Source: an uncultured bacterium (GTDB taxonomy: Bacteria; Babelota; Babeliae; Babelales; Babelaceae). From it: a stretch of DNA of 64,000 nt. The position numbers were made by a program, and so were the translations under genes. Location: contig CAWGPQ010000011.1 in the NCBI GenBank assembly GCA_963824495.1, positions 64,001-128,000 on the forward strand, read 5' to 3'. Shown here piece after piece: positions 59,004 to 64,000 of this stretch. The notes beneath the pieces were generated by a model. The model was not told where the DNA came from. It saw only the letters and a program-made list of their open reading frames with translations, and made no database searches. How positions within the stretch are numbered: the first letter of the stretch is position 1; the number at the start of each line of letters is the position of its first letter.

Positions 59004-60376
59004 TCGTCGTACTCCCCATCTTCAAAAAGCGTAAGTTCTTTTTGAAACGTAAGATTAACCGTGCCAGTTGGCCCATTGCGCTGCTTGCCAATAATTAATT
59101 CGGCACCAAGAGGATCTTCGGTATCTTGGTTATATACACTATCTCTGTACAAAAACATAATAACATCGGCATCTTGCTCAATAGCACCTGATTCCCTCAA
59201 ATCAGATAATAAAGGCCGCTTATCCATACGACTATCAACTGCTCGTGATAGTTGTGACAATGCTAATATGGGAATATCAAGTTCTTTTGCAAGCGCTTTA
59301 AGTGATCGAGAAATTTCTGAAACTTCTTGATGTCGATTTTCGTAATTTTTGTGCCCCCTGATAAGCTGCAAATAGTCAATAACCAAAAATTGAAGATCAT
59401 GCTCAAGCTTAAGTTTACGCGCCTTCATACGAACATCCATAATACTCTGAAGGGCAGAATCGTCAACAAAAAACTTACGCTCTGCTAGTTGACCTGCGGC
59501 ATGCGTCAGCCCCATCCATTCCTCAGACGAGATGGCTGCCGTTCGAATCTGTTGATGTGGTATTCTCGATTCACAGGACAGCAAACGCAAAGCCAATTGC
59601 TCACCAGACATTTCTAGCGAAAAAAATCCAACCGTTATACCACAACGGGTCGCATAATGTGCTAAATTAAGGGCAAGCGCTGTCTTTCCCATAGCAGGAC
59701 GGGCAGCCAAGACAATCAAATCACTTTTTTGAAAACCTGAAGTTAATTCGTCTAGTTTCTTATAGCCTGAGGGAATACCAGTAATACCCCGTGCATGAAC
59801 CTTGAGCTCAGATAAATGCTGAAATGTTTTTTTTAGCCAAATGGTAAGCTGAACAAAACTTTGTGTCGAACGCTTGGCAGATATATTAAAAATTGTTTTT
59901 TCTGCTTCATCAAGCACCGTTTCTATATCTTTATCCTGTTGAGCATAACAATTCGTTATAATAGACGTCGCAGACCCAATCAACTCGCGTAACACAGATT
60001 TCTCTTTAACAATACGTGCATGCTGTACCAATAGACCAAGTGCAGGTATATCTTCTTGCAATGAGAGAATATACGCAATGTCACCGGCAGCCTGCAAGTG
60101 ACCATGCTTAATGAGCTCGTCATGAAGCGTTACAGTATCTAAGCGTTGCTTACGCTGAGCAATACGCAGTATGGCCTCATAAATAATGCGATGAGCAGTC
60201 ACATAAAAATCATAGGGAACAAGCAATTCTATAACAGAATCTAATCGCTCATCATTAAGCAATAGCGAGCCAAGAACAGCACGCTCAGCTTGCAAGCTGA
60301 AGGGCAACGTTCTTCCAAGTATTTTTTCAGGAGCATCGGATGCTCCCCTATCAACAGGTAGCTTTGGTACGTACAT
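59000..60376 (-). CDS. dnaB: Replicative DNA helicase
   Basis: AARPAMGKT, FFSLEM, IDYLQL, LSQLSR, SDLRESGAIEQDAD, KQRNGP. Confidence 0.97.
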   Translation of the reverse strand: MYVPKLPVDRGASDAPEKILGRTLPFSLQAERAVLGSLLLNDERLDSVIELLVPYDFYVTAHRIIYEAILRIAQRKQRLDTVTLHDELIKHGHLQAAGDIAYILSLQEDIPALGLLVQHARIVKEKSVLRELIGSATSIITNCYAQQDKDIETVLDEAEKTIFNISAKRSTQSFVQLTIWLKKTFQHLSELKVHARGITGIPSGYKKLDELTSGFQKSDLIVLAARPAMGKTALALNLAHYATRCGITVGFFSLEMSGEQLALRLLSCESRIPHQQIRTAAISSEEWMGLTHAAGQLAERKFFVDDSALQSIMDVRMKARKLKLEHDLQFLVIDYLQLIRGHKNYENRHQEVSEISRSLKALAKELDIPILALSQLSRAVDSRMDKRPLLSDLRESGAIEQDADVIMFLYRDSVYNQDTEDPLGAELIIGKQRNGPTGTVNLTFQKELTLFEDGEYDE

Positions 60377-60387
60377 ACGAGTATCTA

Positions 60388-60846
60388 TTACAAGACCTCA
60401 GGCACCACCTTTACCGTAAGTAAAGGCTGCAATTTCGAGGAAAGCTTAATAGTAACTGTATGTAACCCTTTGGATTTTATAGGCTTATCAAACTTAATTT
60501 GGTTTTTAGAGACGCTAACACCTTTTTCTGCAAGTGCATCTACAATCTCATGAGGCGCAACCGAACCATATAACTTATCATTATCATGTATCTTGCGCTT
60601 AAGCACAACAGTAAGCGATTTTATTTTTTCAGCAAGCATCGAGGTTTTTGACTCAATAACCTCTTTACGTTTTTCAACAACTTTAACACGCTGCTTGAGC
60701 GATACTTCATTTTCAGGCGTCACTGCCACAGCTAGTTTGCGTGGAAAAAGAAAGTTCGCAGCAAAGCCATCACTGACTTTAACGAATTCTCCTGCCATAC
60801 CAATTTTTTCTATATCTTTAAGCAAAAAGACCTTCATGCTATGCAC
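60388..60846 (-). CDS. rplI: 50S ribosomal protein L9
   Basis: MKVFLLKDI..IG..G..VKV.DGFA.NFLFP; KLYGSV; directly upstream of dnaB. Confidence 0.96.
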   Translation of the reverse strand: MHSMKVFLLKDIEKIGMAGEFVKVSDGFAANFLFPRKLAVAVTPENEVSLKQRVKVVEKRKEVIESKTSMLAEKIKSLTVVLKRKIHDNDKLYGSVAPHEIVDALAEKGVSVSKNQIKFDKPIKSKGLHTVTIKLSSKLQPLLTVKVVPEVL

Positions 60847-61051
60847 ACCTCTTTAAAAATTTACCCTAAAAACTCTCGGCATCTACTATAGTAGTATAGT
60901 CTAAAAAACCCTACCTGAAAACAACAAAAGCTCGTTGTGTTGGCGCAAAATACTAGAGATAAACTAGTTTTTGAAAAACAGAACTATTCTATATAGTACC
61001 ATGAGTAACAAAGAACGCGAACAACTTACAGTATTTAAAAAACACGGAACA

Positions 61052-61850
61052 TTAAGAATTTGAGTTAGGGTTTGATCTTGCATAAGCAAATAATCTTGGA
61101 TCAACAGCAAAATTGGCAATAAGAGCAGCGATCTCAAGAGGAAGAGGATGACCCTCTTGTAGAGGTGACCATGCAAACTCTCCTTCATGGCCTACCCTTG
61201 ATACTCCACCAAATACAGCTTGACCTACAAATCTCCCAAGAAGACAAGCTGCTTCAGGGTGATTATTCTGCATGGCAAGCATCCATGCTGATGCATGTTG
61301 ACGGTTTAAAAGATTCACCTGTACGTTATTATGGGCAAGTAAGATCCTGACGGCATCTAAACGCCCGGCACGTGCTGCGTAATGTGATGGCGTATTCCCT
61401 TCATCATTACGTTCATTGATTTGAGCACCAGCTTCCAGTAATTGGCTGGCTACAGTGGTGCGCCCAGCTCGAATAGCCACATGTAATGCTGTATCACCAT
61501 TGTTATTGTAAGCATTAATATCTGCGCCATGAGCAAGTAATGCTTGGAGAATAAGATCATTACCGTTACGTACGGCTAAGTGTAGGGGAGTATTACCCTC
61601 ATTATCTTGTATATCTAGATTAGGGTTATACTCAGCAAGCAAATCTTCAACAAGAGCTCCGTAATTCAGCTCCTCGCTCTAGTAAGGAGACTACAGTATT
61701 TGTATTTCTTTCCCTGACGGCCTTTATCAATTGCTTATTAAACTCAAGGTGTTGTTGGTCGGAAGGTTGTGCGCCTATAAGCTGAGTTTTAGCAAATAAT
61801 ACTATAAGTAAGGCTATTGCCAGTGTTTGATACGTATTCATAATAACCAT
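61052..61850 (-). pseudogene. Distant member of the ankyrin/F-box-like family, split by an out-of-frame deletion
   Basis: ORFs 61647-61850 and 61052-61642 join near 61665 (LLERGA | NYGALVEDLL); tail GQAVFGGVSRVGHEGEFAW...LPLEIAALIANF. Confidence 0.8.
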
Positions 61851-62104
61851 CGGTATACCTTCCGGAGTCGCAATTCAAAGTCGCTTAAATTCTCAATAGT
61901 AAACACTGCATTATTTTATAATTCTAATAATTTCGACAATAAAAGTCAAATGAAGCTTTCTAATAATCATAAAAAATAAACTGCTCAAGAGAGCGTAGAA
62001 GCTGGAATTAATCGTGTAAGCCGCTTGGGGCTTATTAAAAATTATGCTAATATAATAGTTGTAGGTAACTTTCGTGCTATTTAACATGCTATTTACTATG
62101 TAGG

Positions 62105-63625
62105 ATGATTATGATAACCACTACCGTGACGAACAAGCCATTTCAGGATCAGCGTGCTGAGGGCTATGTAGCGTTTTGCGAGCAAGATTTTGATTTTGCT
62201 CATCATCCTGCCGCTGAGCTGCAACGTTTTTTTGAACCTCTTAAGCAAGTTCATATACAACGACGTTTTACTGGCAAAGCAGGAACCTCGCTTGTTGTTG
62301 CCGGTATGCATGATGGTGGGCCGGTATATATTATGCTCTATGGCTTAGGGCCCGTTACTAATAAGCAAGAAGATCGTGTAGAGTGCTATCGACGTGCTAT
62401 AGGAAGCATGATACGAAGTGCTGAAGCGCTTAAAATATCAACACTTGCGCTTTCGTTTCCCGACCCAGCTTGGTTTGAAATCGATGCTACCACATTGGGC
62501 AAAGAAACGATTATAACTGCTGATATGACGTCATATCACTTTGATCAGTTTATTACTGATCCAGAGCGAAAAGTAAACCGTACCTATGAATTTATTATAT
62601 CGGCTCAAGATTCTATACTCGAGCAGATTCGATCGGGCGCTGAGCTTGGAAGTCGTATTGGCTTTTCAGTAAATCAAGCACGCTATTGGTGTGATCTGCC
62701 TGCTAATATCTTAACTCCAACGGTATTGGCTAATCATGCAGATCGTATTGCCAAAGCCCACAATCTGGGCGTTACAATCTTTAATGAAGCTGACATTATT
62801 GCTATGGGCATGGGTGGCCTTGAAGCAGTTTCTCGCGGCTCAGCAGAAGAGTGCTGCTTAGTAGTTATGGAATATAAAGTTGAGCACAACAAAGCACCTA
62901 CTATCGCTATTGTTGGCAAAGGCATTACCTTTGACTCGGGTGGCTTGAGCATTAAGCCAGCTGCTGGCATGGAAGCAATGAAAGATGATATGGCTGGTGC
63001 AGCTGCTGTTATTTCTACCATGGAAGCAATTGCGCATTTAAAGCCACGCGTTAATATTATTGCTCTTGCGCCCCTAGCTGAAAACATGCCAAGTGGTACG
63101 GCAACACGACCAGGTGATATTGTGCGTTTCTATAATGGCAAAACTGCAGAGATTAAAAATACTGATGCTGAAGGTCGTTTAATTCTTGCTGATGCACTTG
63201 CCTATGCTGTGGCCCATTATAAACTTGATGGCATTATCGATATTGCAACATTAACGGGCTCATGTGCTGCCGCTCTCGGTCCATTCTTTTGTGGTCTTAT
63301 GAGCAAAAATGATGAATTGAGCGATCGTGTGCTATTATCTGGCCAGCGCTCAGGTGATCGTGCATGGCGTCTGCCATTTACCGACGATTACAAAGCAGCT
63401 ATTAAATCTGACGTAGCTGATATATCTAATATTGGCCAAGAAAAATATCGTGCTGGTGCTATTACCGCAGGATTCTTCTTGCTTAACTTTGTCGGCACAG
63501 TACCGCTTGTTCATCTCGATATTGCCGGTACTTCGTTTAACGTACCTGACATTAGTTACTATAGACCCGGTGCCACAGGCTTTGGCGTCAGAATGTTTAT
63601 TGATTTATTTACTATGTGGAAGTAA
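62105..63625 (+). CDS. pepA: Leucyl aminopeptidase (M17)
   Basis: VGKGITFDSGG, MKDDMAG, AENMP, NTDAEGRL, HLDIAG. Confidence 0.96.
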   Translation: MIMITTTVTNKPFQDQRAEGYVAFCEQDFDFAHHPAAELQRFFEPLKQVHIQRRFTGKAGTSLVVAGMHDGGPVYIMLYGLGPVTNKQEDRVECYRRAIGSMIRSAEALKISTLALSFPDPAWFEIDATTLGKETIITADMTSYHFDQFITDPERKVNRTYEFIISAQDSILEQIRSGAELGSRIGFSVNQARYWCDLPANILTPTVLANHADRIAKAHNLGVTIFNEADIIAMGMGGLEAVSRGSAEECCLVVMEYKVEHNKAPTIAIVGKGITFDSGGLSIKPAAGMEAMKDDMAGAAAVISTMEAIAHLKPRVNIIALAPLAENMPSGTATRPGDIVRFYNGKTAEIKNTDAEGRLILADALAYAVAHYKLDGIIDIATLTGSCAAALGPFFCGLMSKNDELSDRVLLSGQRSGDRAWRLPFTDDYKAAIKSDVADISNIGQEKYRAGAITAGFFLLNFVGTVPLVHLDIAGTSFNVPDISYYRPGATGFGVRMFIDLFTMWK

Positions 63626-63656
63626 CGTCTTTAACACCATTTTAAGATCTTATGAA

Positions 63657-63682
63657 CAAGGCTCTCGCACATGAGAGCCTTG
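63657..63682. terminator. Hairpin between convergent genes
   Basis: CAAGGCTCTC...GAGAGCCTTG inverted repeat. Confidence 0.65.
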
Positions 63683-63778
63683 CCAATATTATTTACATAA
63701 AAAAGCATTTTTCAGGATCAATACAAGCCCTAGATTGGTTCTACATCCCTGTATAATTTCTGTACCATAATCTAATGC

Positions 63779-63940
63779 CTACAGTTCTTCTTTCTTTTCG
63801 GTTGAGGGATTTGCTGGCTTCGGCTTAACAGTCCTTGGCTCGCCCACACCAGTACCGGGTGGAAGTTGCCAAAGAGTAGTAGCCTCAATGACTAAATTGC
63901 TGAACAGTGACAATACTAATAGTATAAAAAGATAGGACAT
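63779..63940 (-). CDS. Possible 53-aa secreted peptide (not in ORF track)
   Basis: GGGAG RBS; MSYLFILLVLSLFSNLVIEA then TTLWQLPPG... Confidence 0.4.
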   Translation of the reverse strand: MSYLFILLVLSLFSNLVIEATTLWQLPPGTGVGEPRTVKPKPANPSTEKKEEL

Positions 63941-64000
63941 AACCACTCCCTTATTGAATTGTGTTTTGGCCTACAACTCATCTTTTTTACCTGAAAAATC

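Overview
AT-rich bacterial chromosome segment. The many signal-peptide-bearing ankyrin, Sel1, GT2 and MutS-domain proteins point to an intracellular parasite of eukaryotes, plausibly Dependentiae/Babelota (inference from gene content, not a taxonomic search). The left ~49 kb is accessory. It is dominated by 13 paralogous secreted ankyrin genes in four clusters of alternating orientation (4775-10467 -, 19964-23980 +, 28360-30939 -, 32734-38230 +), plus a distant relative at 61052-61850. The 13 share one design: signal peptide, N-cap, a variable set of ankyrin repeats, a linker, a near-constant ankyrin block and a C-terminal F-box/PRANC-like motif. Their sub-modules assort independently between copies, and two conserved promoter-carrying spacers (U1, U2) join them. 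This looks like a recombination-diversified, DARPin-like effector library. Two complementary U2 half-copies suggest an old 13.4-kb inversion split one array. Also present: a Hint-domain polymorphic toxin with probable immunity gene, a tyrosine recombinase, secreted coiled-coil proteins, several collapsed pseudogenes and a candidate sRNA after recF. The right part is mainly housekeeping (proS, dnaN, recF, ruvC, dnaB, rplI, pepA). No rRNA, tRNA, CRISPR array or reverse transcriptase was recognised. All alignments were done by eye.
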